18,860 nucleotides of DNA from Candidatus Methylomirabilota bacterium (GTDB lineage Bacteria; Methylomirabilota; Methylomirabilia; Rokubacteriales; CSP1-6): contig JBKPAK010000010.1 in the NCBI GenBank assembly GCA_046726415.1, forward strand, positions 1-18,860, in the 5' to 3' direction. Below the pieces are notes generated by a model. The model was given only the letters and a program-made list of their open reading frames with translations. It was not told where the DNA came from and did not search any database. Position numbers and translations under genes: made by a program. Of the stretch, positions 1 to 9,038 are shown piece by piece; position 1 is the stretch's first letter, and each line of letters opens with the position of its first letter.

Positions 1-1
1 C

Positions 2-238
2 GACGCCGTCTGGTCCGAGCCCGCCCGCGCGTCCGCGTGCATCGCGTGGACCCGGGAGCTGTGGGAGGCGGTGCGTCCGTATTCCACGGGCCGTGTCTAC
101 GTGAACTTTCTCGGGGAGGAGGGGCAGGACCGAGTGCGGGCCGCCTACGGCGAGGCCAAGTACGAGCGGCTCCGGGCGCTCAAGCGCAAGCACGACCCGA
201 CGAACTTCTTCCGGCTGAACCAGAACATCCGACCGTAG
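2..238 (+). CDS. 3' end of FAD-binding oxidoreductase (berberine bridge enzyme-like C-terminal domain), truncated by window edge
   Basis: Frame 2 translates ...VYVNFLGEEGQDRVRAAYGEAKYERLRALKRKHDPTNFFRLNQNIRP*, with the typical BBE YxN...Y..L..LK.K.DP.NFF..NQNI signature; TAG at 236-238. Confidence 0.9.
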   Translation, partial: DAVWSEPARASACIAWTRELWEAVRPYSTGRVYVNFLGEEGQDRVRAAYGEAKYERLRALKRKHDPTNFFRLNQNIRP

Positions 239-380
239 ATCGGGCGGCGCACCGGGGACACTTCATGCCGGGGCCTCCCCTGGGCGACGTGAGCACTGAA
301 CGGCCGGCTCCACAACCTGGCTGAGCGGTGGCCAGACTCTAGCGCGCGGCGACTGGAAGGGTCAACCACTCACGACCCGA

Positions 381-403
381 TGTCACCTCAGGGGTTCACT
401 TCA
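381..403 (-). mobile_element. Isolated fragment of IS3-family left inverted repeat
   Basis: TGTCACCTCAGGGGTTCACTTCA matches 2655-2677 (TGTCACCTCAGGGGTTCACTCCA) at 22/23; CACTC also recurs at the same spacing further in. Confidence 0.75.
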
Positions 404-423
404 CAGTCTTTACCGGGTAGAAA

Positions 424-570
424 CCGGTGACATCCGGTGCAAGCGGTGACACGCCAGTGTTTATGCGGGTTGTCACCGCTTCGGCGCTGAGCGTTCAAGC
501 TCGATGCCCGAAGTGGTGACACGCCGCTATTCATGCGGGTTGTCACCGTTGTCACCGCTTGTCACCGGAT
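424..570. repeat. Iteron-like palindromic array, putative replication origin of an integrative element or phage satellite (copy A)
   Basis: GGTGACA at 426, 445, 515; TGTCACC at 471, 541, 550, 560; two ~40 bp hairpin units (441-481, 511-550) 70 bp apart. Confidence 0.7.
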
Positions 571-1067
571 TGGAGCCGGAAAAGGTGGCTGGACTGGCGC
601 TGTCCGGTTGTTCCTCGGTGTCGCCGCCCCGCCGTACCGGGCCCGAAGGGCGGCGCGTTGCTCAGCCGAGAGGACGTAGCACCCAGCGGCGCCGAGGTCC
701 ATCCCGCACCTGCTAGCGCACAACACCCTGGGGGTCATGAGACCAAGCCAGCCGCCGGGTACTTTTCACCCGGGCCGGGCTCGCAGGGCGCCCAGTAACT
801 GGGCGGGGTGAGCGTGTCGTCGTCCCGCTCGCGGATCGCTCGCAGGGCCTCGGGAGCCGCGCGACCGGCCCCGCCTCGGCGTCGGCATCCCGGACTGCCG
901 CGAGGGCCTTGGCGGCGTGGAGGATGTCCTGGCCGCGGTTGCCGTCTCCGAATCGGCGACGAAGCCGAGGGCGAGGGGCGGGACCAGAGGTCCACTGCCC
1001 GCCGATCGATCCCTTCCCGTTCGAGAGGGGCCAGGACAAGATCGAAGGCCGGGGCATATCCCCCCGG
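567..1067 (-). pseudogene. Frameshifted C-terminal remnant of DUF3631-like (primase/replication-associated) protein, copy A
   Basis: Across frames: ..RAVDLWS.PLALGFVAD..QDILHAAKALAAVRDADAEAG..ALRAIRERDDDTLT..VKSTRRLA..; resembles DUF3631 DRAADxWxPLLAIAD...RLAxLLxPxG pattern. Confidence 0.6.
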
Positions 1068-1245
1068 AGGCGGTTAAGGTACGCGCGCTCGTGGGGCTCG
1101 CCCTTGCGCCGCAGCAGCTCGGCCTCCTCGTCCGGCAGGTGCGGGCTCGGGCGCTCGCCGCGCGCCGAGCGCCGTGAGGCGGGCTTTCGACGTAGTCGTT
1201 GAGGTCCGAAGGGGAGAGGACGATCTGTCCGTCTACTCGCTGCAT
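1064..1245 (-). pseudogene. 5' fragment of TM0106-family RecB-like nuclease
   Basis: MQRVDGQIVLSPSDLNDYVE then, after a frameshift, PHLPDEEAELLRRKGEPHERAYLNRLR; cut off at the repeat A boundary. Confidence 0.75.
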
Positions 1246-1311
1246 GAATCGCCGCGATGATGCGCCAGCATCCTCAGCCGTGCAACCGATCGCGTATCTG
1301 ACCGGCGCCCG

Positions 1312-1746
1312 TCAGGCGAGTGGGTCGATCACCTCGAGGAAGGCGAAGCGCCGGAAATCCGCATCGCGGGTGTAGACCCGGGCGATCCCATGCTCACGCA
1401 TGAGGACCGCGGTGTGGAAGTCGTGGAACAGATTGCCGGCGAGACCCGGCACGGCCTCGGCAAGCTCCCGCGCGACCGCGGCGTGTCGTTCGGATTCCAC
1501 GAGGATCCGGTGTGCCGGCGTCGCCCGCAGCGCGTCCACGAACTCCAGCGCGGCGGCGGCGCTCCACGGATGCGGCAACACCCGCGGGTGGGTGACCACT
1601 CGGGCGAACTCATACAGAATCGCCCACGTTGTGTACCACGGGCCGCGCTCCGCTCGCCATCCCTCCAGCAGCTCGCGGCAGCGGTCGTGCTCCGGCGAGT
1701 CGGCGTTCGCCGCGTAGATCAGCACATTCGTGTCGACCACGAACAT
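1312..1746 (-). CDS. vapC: VapC PIN-domain ribonuclease toxin
   Basis: VVDTNVLIYA, conserved E, GNLFHDFH, TRDADF acidic PIN motifs; start overlaps the antitoxin stop. Confidence 0.92.
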   Translation of the reverse strand: MFVVDTNVLIYAANADSPEHDRCRELLEGWRAERGPWYTTWAILYEFARVVTHPRVLPHPWSAAAALEFVDALRATPAHRILVESERHAAVARELAEAVPGLAGNLFHDFHTAVLMREHGIARVYTRDADFRRFAFLEVIDPLA

Positions 1747-1976
1747 CAGCCCCGCTCCATCGCCTCGTAGAGCGCTTCCCGGTTCGCCACGTCGACGCGC
1801 GGCCGGCCCCCGTGGAAGCGCGGCAGCGGCGCGAGTGTTCGAGACGGCGCTTCTTCCTCCTCGAGCAGAAGCCGCAGCGCGCGCTCGACCAGGGCCGACA
1901 CCGTGGTGCGCTGACGCGCCGCTTCGCGCTTCAGCCTCCGCAGCAGGGGGTCGGGAATGATCAGGGTTGTCTTCAT
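1746..1976 (-). CDS. vapB: VapB ribbon-helix-helix antitoxin
   Basis: MKTTLIIPDPLLRRLKREAARQRTTVSALVERALR; directly upstream of the PIN gene; ATG at 1976. Confidence 0.88.
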   Translation of the reverse strand: MKTTLIIPDPLLRRLKREAARQRTTVSALVERALRLLLEEEEAPSRTLAPLPRFHGGRPRVDVANREALYEAMERG

Positions 1977-2012
1977 ACGGAAAACCATACCTTCAGGAAG
2001 GCTTGCCGTCAA
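1977..2012 (-). promoter_or_regulatory. sigma70 promoter of vapBC, probably leaderless
   Basis: Minus strand TTGACG-17 bp-TATGGT-7 bp-ATG; spacer carries palindrome CCTTC-CT-GAAGG. Confidence 0.75.
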
Positions 2013-2106
2013 TCAGCCTCTCCATCTCCCTCAAGACCTATGTGTACTCGCATGCCCATCGTCCGTGATACCGTGTCCCGTCGAGCCGCGTGGACACTCC
2101 TGTGAC

Positions 2107-2619
2107 TCATTTTCGGGCTTGTTGCACGGTGGGGTGACCCCCTAGAGTGAGACAACGAAATTGGTGACAGTCTCGCTGGTTTCTGCGGCTGCAGCGCGAA
2201 GATGCGGATCCGCCACGCCCGTCGCTCGGCCGGGGTGGTGCCTTGACGTACCGCAAGGCCCTTCTGAAAAAATCCAGTTCCAGCGCCTGTTCGCCGACCT
2301 TCCGCTCGAGCTCTGCGATCCGCTTCCCGGCTTCGTCGTCCCGGTCCGCCCGGCGCCGACCCCGGCGGCGGTGTCGCACTGCGCGCGGCGGCAGCGGCGC
2401 CGTGGGCTCGATCACCTCCCCAGCCGACCTCGGCGGCCGGCCCGCGCGGCGCAACGCGGCCGCCCCGCCCCGATCGTACCTGCTCCACCAGTCGTACAGC
2501 AGCTTGGGCCACACGTGGAGCTCGGCGGCCAGCGCCTGGACCCGCTCGCCCGCCAAGATGCGCAACACGGCGGCTTCCTTGAACTCCTGGCTGAAGACCC
2601 GCGCTCCCTTCCCGGGCAT
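2107..2619 (-). CDS. IS3-family transposase OrfA (HTH + leucine zipper); reads through the right IR
   Basis: RVFSQEFKEAAVLRILAGERVQALAAEL..LLYDW and KRIAELERKVGEQALELDFFRRAL; GAGGGGG SD before ATG 2619. Confidence 0.85.
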   Translation of the reverse strand: MPGKGARVFSQEFKEAAVLRILAGERVQALAAELHVWPKLLYDWWSRYDRGGAAALRRAGRPPRSAGEVIEPTAPLPPRAVRHRRRGRRRADRDDEAGKRIAELERKVGEQALELDFFRRALRYVKAPPRPSDGRGGSASSRCSRRNQRDCHQFRCLTLGGHPTVQQARK

Positions 2620-2677
2620 TCGTCCCCCCTCGACGAATATCACTCGTTTCTTTGTGTCACCTCAGGGGTTCACTCCA
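2130..2677 (-). mobile_element. Internally deleted IS3-family element (orfA only, no DDE orfB)
   Basis: 40 bp imperfect IRs TGGGGTGACCCCCTAGAGTGAGACAACGAAATTGGTGACA vs TGGAGTGAACCCCTGAGGTGACACAAAGAAACGAGTGATA (29/40), TG...CA ends; no target duplication seen. Confidence 0.8.
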
Positions 2678-2698
2678 AACCGCCTTCTTCGGGCAGAA

Positions 2699-2838
2699 AC
2701 CGGTGACATCCGGTGACAGCGGTGACACGCCAGTGTTTATGCGGGTTGTCACCGCTTCGGCGCTGAGCGTTCAAGCTCGATGCCCGAAGTGGTGACACGC
2801 CGCTATTCATGCGGGTTGTCACCGCTTGTCACCGGATT
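2699..2838. repeat. Iteron-like palindromic array (copy B)
   Basis: GGTGACA at 2702, 2712, 2721, 2791; TGTCACC at 2747, 2817, 2827; outer arms ATCCGGTGACAGCGGTGACA...TGTCACCGCTTGTCACCGGAT. Confidence 0.7.
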
Positions 2839-3307
2839 GGAGCGGGAACAGGTGGCCAGCGCGGCGCCGTCTGGCTGTTCGTCGGTGTCGGCCGCCCCGC
2901 CGTATCGGGCCGGAAGGTCGGTGAGTTGCTCAGCCGAGAGGACGTAGCACCAGCGTCGCCGAGCTCTATCCCGCACCTGCTGGCGCACGACGCCGAGCGG
3001 GTTGAGGAGGCCCGCCAGCCGCCGGGGCTCTTCACCAGTCCCACCCGAGCCAGCTCGCAAGTTTCCCAGAAACTGGGCTGGGCGAGCGTGTCTCCGTCCC
3101 GGACGCGGATAGCTCGCAGGCCTCTGAGGAGCCGCGCGGCCAGCCCAGCCTCGGCGTCAGCATCCCGGACTGCCGCGAGGGCCTTGGCGGCGTGGAGGAT
3201 GTCCTGGCCGCGGTGGAGCGAAGACCGGAGGCCCACTGTCCGGCCATCGATCCCTTCGTGCTCGAGAGGGGCCAAGGCAAGATCGTAGGCGGGGGCGATA
3301 TCCCCGG
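2803..3307 (-). pseudogene. C-terminal remnant of DUF3631-like protein, copy B
   Basis: EGIDGRTVGL..QDILHAAKALAAVRDADAEAGLAARLLRGLRAIR.. then frameshift, RRLAGLLNPLGVVRQQVRDRARRRWCYVLSAEQLTDLPARYG..SNPVTSGDNP running into the iterons. Confidence 0.62.
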
Positions 3308-3484
3308 GTCCGAGTCAGACAGGCGAGAGCACACTGGGCTCGCAGGCCTTCGGCTTCCGCGACGAAGCGCTCGCCGCCCTTCTCGAGACGCGCCACCACA
3401 CCGTCGCGCTCGAATCCGGGGCCAGCACGGTGATCAGCGCATCCTTCACCGGCTAATCCCGGGCCGGGGCGGTCGCTCGACCCA

Positions 3485-3725
3485 ATGGTGCTCCACTCGG
3501 CCGAGGTGTATGCCGCCATCGCCGACGCCGAGAGCGGCCTGGCCGCGTACCTGGACGATCTCCTCGCCGTCCGACGCACGAGGCCCGGGGGACGACCTCC
3601 TCTCGGCGCTGCTCGACGTGGAGCCGACGGCGATCGCATCTCGCGAGACGAGGTCGTCGACCTCCACTTGCTCCTGCTCATCGCCGGGCACGAGACGGCC
3701 GTGAACCTCATCGCGAGCGTCGGCC
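3485..3725 (+). pseudogene. Cytochrome P450 internal fragment (G-H-I helices)
   Basis: LAAYLDDLLAVRR.PG / DDLLSALLDVE / GDRISRDEVV..LLLLIAGHETAVNLI with frameshifts; I-helix AGHET motif; no heme-Cys region. Confidence 0.85.
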
Positions 3726-3781
3726 GAAGACGCCGGAGCCGCCAACCGCCCTGCCACCTATTGCCCGAGCGCCCGACGCTA

Positions 3782-3809
3782 TTGACACGCGATTCGGCTG
3801 CGCTCTAAT
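3782..3809 (+). promoter_or_regulatory. Candidate sigma70 promoter of the ABC operon
   Basis: TTGACA-16 bp-TCTAAT about 100 bp upstream of the permease. Confidence 0.5.
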
Positions 3810-3907
3810 AACCGCACCGTGAACTGATGCTGGCCTCGTCGGACCTCATCGACACGGTCGTGGCCGGGACGTTCGCGGCGGCAAGGCCGTTCGCGAAGGG
3901 ATGACGC

Positions 3908-4705
3908 ATGGCAGTGGTGACGCGTCCGCTTCGTCGATCCTGGATGTCTGGGGACGTGATCGTCAGCATGGTGACCGTGCTGGCGATCCTCACCGCCTGG
4001 AGCGTCGTCACCACGATGTTTCGCGTCTCACCGCTCGTGTTGCCTTCACCGAAGGCAATGGGCGATGAGCTGCAGGTCCTGCTCGGCGTCGGCTACGCCG
4101 GTAAACCGCTCCACGTTCACATCGCGGCGAGCCTCTTTCGCAGTCTGACCGGCCTCGTGGCGGGGATTCTACTCGCCGTCCCCATCGGCCTGGCCATGGG
4201 CTACAACCGTAGAGTCAGCGCCGCGCTGGTGCCCGTGTTCGGCTTCTTCCGCCCCATCCCGCCCATCGCGTTCATCCCGCTCATGATCCTGTGGTTCGGC
4301 ATCGGTGAGCTGAGCAAGATCCTCTTGATCTTCGCCGCGTCGTTCAACTACACCGTGCTCAACAGCGCGGCGGGGATGCGCGCGGTGCCCGAGCAGCTCA
4401 TTCGCAAGGGCCGCAACCTCGGACTCAATCGCTGGCAGCTCTTCACCAGCGTGATGCTGCCGGCGGCCATGCCCCACATCTTCACGGGCATCAAGACCTC
4501 GACGGCCGTGAGCTGGGCCATCGTGGTCGCCGCCGAGCTGATCGCCGCCCAGGAGGGGCTGGGCTTCATCATCCAGGACGCCGGCACCTTCTTTCGGATC
4601 ACCGACGTCTTCTTCGGGATCATCATCGTCGGCCTGATCGGGGTGAGCCTGGAGCTCGTCATCGCGTTCATCGAGCGCCGAACCCTGCACTGGCAGGGAA
4701 AGTGA
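3908..4705 (+). CDS. ABC transporter permease, TauC/SsuC (nitrate/sulfonate/taurine) family
   Basis: LPSP, HIAASLFR, RPIPPIAFIPL.ILWFGIGE, VAAELIAAQEGLG motifs. Confidence 0.93.
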   Translation: MAVVTRPLRRSWMSGDVIVSMVTVLAILTAWSVVTTMFRVSPLVLPSPKAMGDELQVLLGVGYAGKPLHVHIAASLFRSLTGLVAGILLAVPIGLAMGYNRRVSAALVPVFGFFRPIPPIAFIPLMILWFGIGELSKILLIFAASFNYTVLNSAAGMRAVPEQLIRKGRNLGLNRWQLFTSVMLPAAMPHIFTGIKTSTAVSWAIVVAAELIAAQEGLGFIIQDAGTFFRITDVFFGIIIVGLIGVSLELVIAFIERRTLHWQGK

Positions 4706-4717
4706 GCGGCGGCCCCC

Positions 4718-5526
<809 letters not shown>

Positions 5527-5530
<4 letters not shown>

Positions 5531-6654
5531 AGCGAGACCGCATCATCGACTGCGACGGACACCTGCTCGAGCCCCATGATCTCTGGGAGCGCTACATGCC
5601 TGGCGCGCTCCGAGCCAAGGCACCCCGGCTGGTGCGAGACCGCCAGGGTGGCATCCGGATCGCGATGGAGGACCGGCTCTATCCGCAGCCCGAGGGTAAG
5701 GGCAAGGGCTTCCCGGGATTACCGGAGGCCTGGTACGCGATCGACGACAAGGGGCGGGTGAAGTCGCACGAGATCGTTCAGGCCCAGTCGCGCCTCAAGG
5801 CCATGGACACCGACGGCATCGACGTGGCCGTGCCGTTCCCCACCCTGGGGCTCTACACGGTCGATGCACGCGACCCGGAGCTGAACGCAGCCATCTGCCG
5901 CGCCTACAACGACTGGCTCCATCAAGAGTACCTCGCGGCGGACCGCGCGCGCCTCATCGGGATCGGCATGGTGACGTTGCGCGACGTGAAGGCGGCGGTG
6001 GCGGAGCTGCGCCGCTGCGTTACCGAGCTCGGCTTCAAGGGCGTCTACCTCCGCCCGAACCCGATCGGCGACCGGAACCTGGAGAATCCCGCCCACGATC
6101 CGTTCTGGGGAGAGGCCGAGCGGCTCGGCGTGCCCGTCATGTTCCACGAGGGCACCGACGGCCAGCTGCCCACGGCCGGGCTCGACCGCTACGACAACTT
6201 CTTTATGACCCACATGATCTCCCACCCCTTCGAGCAGATGCTGGCTGCGCTGTCGATGATCGCCGGCGGCGTGCTCGAGCGCTTCCCCCGGCTGAAGGTC
6301 GCGTTTCTCGAATCCGGGTGCGCGTGGCTGCCTTTCTGGCTCCACCGGATGCACGAACACTGGGAGAAGCGACCCCAAGAAGTGCCGTGGCTCAAGAACG
6401 ACCCGGTAGCCATCTTCCGCCGGCAGTGCATCATCTCGTGCGACCCGGACGAGGCGACCATCCCCGCGGTGGTCAACTACATCGGCGAAGAGTACGTGTG
6501 CTGGGCGTCGGACTACCCGCACTGGGATGCCATCTTCCCCGGGGCGGTCGAGGAGCTACGCAAGCACATGAGCGGGCTCGGCGAGGGCGCGCAGCGCAAG
6601 ATTCTCGGCGAGAACGCGCGCCGGTTCCTGGCCCTCGACGGCCGGGCCGCCTGA
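5527..6654 (+). CDS. Amidohydrolase_2 family metal-dependent hydrolase/decarboxylase
   Basis: Start MKRDRIIDCDGH (ATGA overlap), YNDWL, GVLERFPRLKVAFLESG, WASDYPHWD, ILGENA. Confidence 0.9.
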
Positions 6655-6673
6655 TCCTCAGCCGCTGACATGA

Positions 6674-6697
6674 CGGGGCCGGCGCTCGCCGGCCCCG
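6674..6697. other. GC-rich intergenic hairpin (no U-tract)
   Basis: CGGGGCCGGCG-CT-CGCCGGCCCCG perfect inverted repeat. Confidence 0.6.
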
Positions 6698-6733
6698 CGC
6701 ATCACCATCCCGGCCGGCTCACGGGAGAGAACA

Positions 6734-7768
6734 ATGCCTGAGACCCCGACGCGCCGCACATTCGTCGCTGCCACCCTGGTGATCGCGCTCGTCGTCACCC
6801 TGCTCCTGCCGCTCGGCGGTGCGCGCGCCCAGCAGGCGCCGCAGCCCATCAAGATCGGGTATCAGGCGGTCGCCTCCTGGCTGCTGTTCGGGGCGCGGGC
6901 GATGAAGCTCTACGAGAAGGCGGGACTGGCGCCGACCTTCGTGAAGTTCACGGCCGGGGCGCCCATGATCGCCGCCGCCCAGAGCCAGAGCATAGACGTC
7001 GCCATGGTGGGCACGGTGCCGTTCCTGGCCGGCGTCGCCTCCGGTGTCGACTGGGTCTACATCGGCGTCGACAACGAGTACCCACGGGCCGTGGGCTTCG
7101 TGGCGCGAAAGGACGGCGGCGTCCGCTCGCTGGCCGACCTGAAGGGAAAGACCATCGGCTTCTTCCGAGGCTCGACGTCTCACTACGCGGTGCTGACGGT
7201 CCTGAAACGCCAGGGCATTCCCACGACCGAGGTCAAGCTCCTGCAGCTCGAGCCGGCCCAGCAGGTCGCGGCGATGATGAACCGCCAGATCGACGTGGCC
7301 GCGACCTGGGAGCCGTGGATGCAGAAGATGGTCCACCAGGCGGACGGCACGATCGTCGCGCGCGAGGCCGATATCGGCATCTACACGGGCCTCGGGGTGT
7401 ACGCCGTGCGCAGCTCGTGGCTCAAGGCGAACGGGGAAACGGCGCGGCGTTACTTGCGGGCCCTGGTCATGGCCTACGACGCGCTGGAGAAGGATCCCTC
7501 GCCGGCGATCAACGCGGTGATGCAGGAGATGGGAATTCCCGAGGAGTGGGCGCGGGCCATCTTCAAGGAAGCCGGACTGCCCGCGATCTACAAGCAGAGC
7601 GATGCCACCTATCGCTACTCCGCCGCCAAGGACAGCCCGCTCCAGGCAAGCATGGCCGATCTCGCGAAGTTCCTGTTCGAGGAGAAAGTGCTGCCGAGGC
7701 AGGTGGACGTGAGTGGGCTGATGGACGGCGCGCCTCTGGCCGAGGTGCTCGCCGCGCACAAGAAGTGA
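6734..7768 (+). CDS. ABC transporter substrate-binding protein, SsuA/TauA family
   Basis: Signal peptide ending ARA-QQ, IKIGYQ, DLKGKTIG..GSTSHY, IDVAATWEPW. Confidence 0.92.
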   Translation: MPETPTRRTFVAATLVIALVVTLLLPLGGARAQQAPQPIKIGYQAVASWLLFGARAMKLYEKAGLAPTFVKFTAGAPMIAAAQSQSIDVAMVGTVPFLAGVASGVDWVYIGVDNEYPRAVGFVARKDGGVRSLADLKGKTIGFFRGSTSHYAVLTVLKRQGIPTTEVKLLQLEPAQQVAAMMNRQIDVAATWEPWMQKMVHQADGTIVAREADIGIYTGLGVYAVRSSWLKANGETARRYLRALVMAYDALEKDPSPAINAVMQEMGIPEEWARAIFKEAGLPAIYKQSDATYRYSAAKDSPLQASMADLAKFLFEEKVLPRQVDVSGLMDGAPLAEVLAAHKK

Positions 7769-7839
7769 AGAGCAGCTCGATCAGGGGCGGTATCGCCGTT
7801 GCGGCGTGTTGCAGGCGTGGTCCAGGCGCTCGGAGATAG

Positions 7840-7899
7840 GGACCTACCAGAACGGTCCTCAAGCTTATCGCGGAGCTCGAGGCAGAGGGGCGGCTATGA
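7840..7899 (+). pseudogene. 3' remnant of small toxin-like gene coupled to the downstream HTH gene
   Basis: GPTRTVLKLIAELEAEGRL*, stop overlaps the next start (ATGA 7896-7899); in-frame TAG at 7837 and no start codon. Confidence 0.5.
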
Positions 7900-8363
7900 A
7901 GATTCGCAGTGTGAACGCCAACAATCGACGCAAGGCGTTCGAGGTGACTGCGGGCAAGAGGCGGCTTATTTTCCCGTTTGCCAAACTCGAAGTGCGGCCA
8001 ACGTCGGATGATCCCATTGCCAAGGTGTTCGTCGACCAAGAGCTGGGCGCCGAGGGATTCACGTACTCCCTACGGTCGGGTCGCGAGGGAACGGTGCACA
8101 TCGAGGACATTCTCGAACACAACCAAGATCCTGACCACCTACGCGATCTCCTCCTCTATCGGCTGACGCTCGAAGCTCAGAAGGCTGCCGCCACCACGCC
8201 GCTGGCCAGGCGGGAAATTATCCGACGGCTCGGCACATCGCCGTCTCAGCTCTACCGACTTCTTGATCAGACGAACTACCGGAAGTCCGTCGACCAGTTA
8301 CTTCGACTGCTCAAGGTCCTCGATTGCGACGTCGAACTCGTGGTACGGACAAGGAGCGCGTAG
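7896..8363 (+). CDS. XRE/Cro-like HTH antitoxin-type regulator
   Basis: C-terminal LARREIIRRLGTSPSQLYRLLDQTNYRKSVDQLLRLL helix-turn-helix; start MKIRSV. Confidence 0.8.
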   Translation: MKIRSVNANNRRKAFEVTAGKRRLIFPFAKLEVRPTSDDPIAKVFVDQELGAEGFTYSLRSGREGTVHIEDILEHNQDPDHLRDLLLYRLTLEAQKAAATTPLARREIIRRLGTSPSQLYRLLDQTNYRKSVDQLLRLLKVLDCDVELVVRTRSA

Positions 8364-8422
8364 CCACGCGAGGCGAATCGCGCCACAGAGGAGCCGCAGG
8401 AGGGCAACAGGCGGTTCAAGCC

Positions 8423-8638
8423 ATGAAAGTCAACTACCATCCCGAGACGGACTCGCTGTACATCGACTTGTCGGAGCAACCGAGCGTCGACAGCCGTGAG
8501 ATCTCTGAAGGGGTTGTGCTCGACTACGACGAGTCAGGAAACCTGGTCGGTATAGACATCGACAACGCCAGCCGCAAGGTCGAGCTCCAGCGGTTTGTCG
8601 TCAGCCGGATCCCGGCACCAGTCGAAACCGCTGGCTAA
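8423..8638 (+). CDS. DUF2283 family protein (putative antitoxin)
   Basis: MKVNYHPETDSLYIDL...GVVLDYDESGNLVGIDI family pattern. Confidence 0.88.
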   Translation: MKVNYHPETDSLYIDLSEQPSVDSREISEGVVLDYDESGNLVGIDIDNASRKVELQRFVVSRIPAPVETAG

Positions 8639-8714
8639 CCCCACGCTTGAACCATCGCCCTCCTGGCGGCGCCGAACGTGCGTGGCTCAGGATCAAACTC
8701 CCCGCTCGTTAGCG
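8633..8714 (+). other. Degenerate attC-like integron recombination site
   Basis: GGCTAAC (contains the gene stop)-CCCAC-GCTTGAACCATCG ... CGTGGCTCAG ... GTTAGCG; L'-R' spacer too long. Confidence 0.5.
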
Positions 8715-9038
8715 GAGGAGTCTCTGACGCAGGAGCTTTCTGGCCAGGTCGTAAATGTCCTTCTTGTCTCCGGCTCGCCGGGAGCCGACGGCGACGATGA
8801 GAACGACGACCTCTCGGCGTTCGACGCGATAAACGATCCGGTAGCGCTGACCGACGGCCGGGATACTGCGGAAGCCGGCGAGTTCGCCGATGAGGGCCTT
8901 GCCCTGTTCCTCGGGCGATTTAGCAAGCTGATCGGCCCTCTGAGTGATGAGTCGCCGGATCCGCTGGTCGGGGATAGCCGCGGCGAGCTTGAGGGTGGTC
9001 TGCGTCCACGTGATCGCGAACGTGCGATCACCCGTCAT
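8709..9038 (-). CDS. RelE/ParE family toxin
   Basis: FAITWT..PEEQGKALIGELAGFRSI..GQRYRIVYRV..VVVLIVAVGSR. Confidence 0.9.
   Translation of the reverse strand: MTGDRTFAITWTQTTLKLAAAIPDQRIRRLITQRADQLAKSPEEQGKALIGELAGFRSIPAVGQRYRIVYRVERREVVVLIVAVGSRRAGDKKDIYDLARKLLRQRLLR

Larger units (their letters stand above)
381..1067. repeat. Copy A of ~680 bp degenerate direct repeat (IS3 left-end fragment + iteron palindrome + DUF3631-like gene remnant)
   Basis: Aligns by eye with 2655-3307; 442-548 is identical to 2718-2824. Confidence 0.95.
2655..3307. repeat. Copy B of ~680 bp degenerate direct repeat
   Basis: Aligns with 381-1067. Confidence 0.95.

Noticed and set aside
294-340. attC-like CTGAAC..GCTCCAC..GCTGAGC
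   Set aside because: No GTT core and weak pairing
424-570. CRISPR array interpretation of the repeats
   Set aside because: Only two ~40 bp units per locus, the intervening sequence is identical in both loci, and no cas genes are present
2115-2129. GGGCTTGTTGCACGG as an IS5/IS903-type terminal repeat
   Set aside because: Too short, with no partner IR or transposase
3485-3725. P450 fragment as the missing part of the P450 at 18636
   Set aside because: The 18636 gene simply runs off the window; nothing links the two
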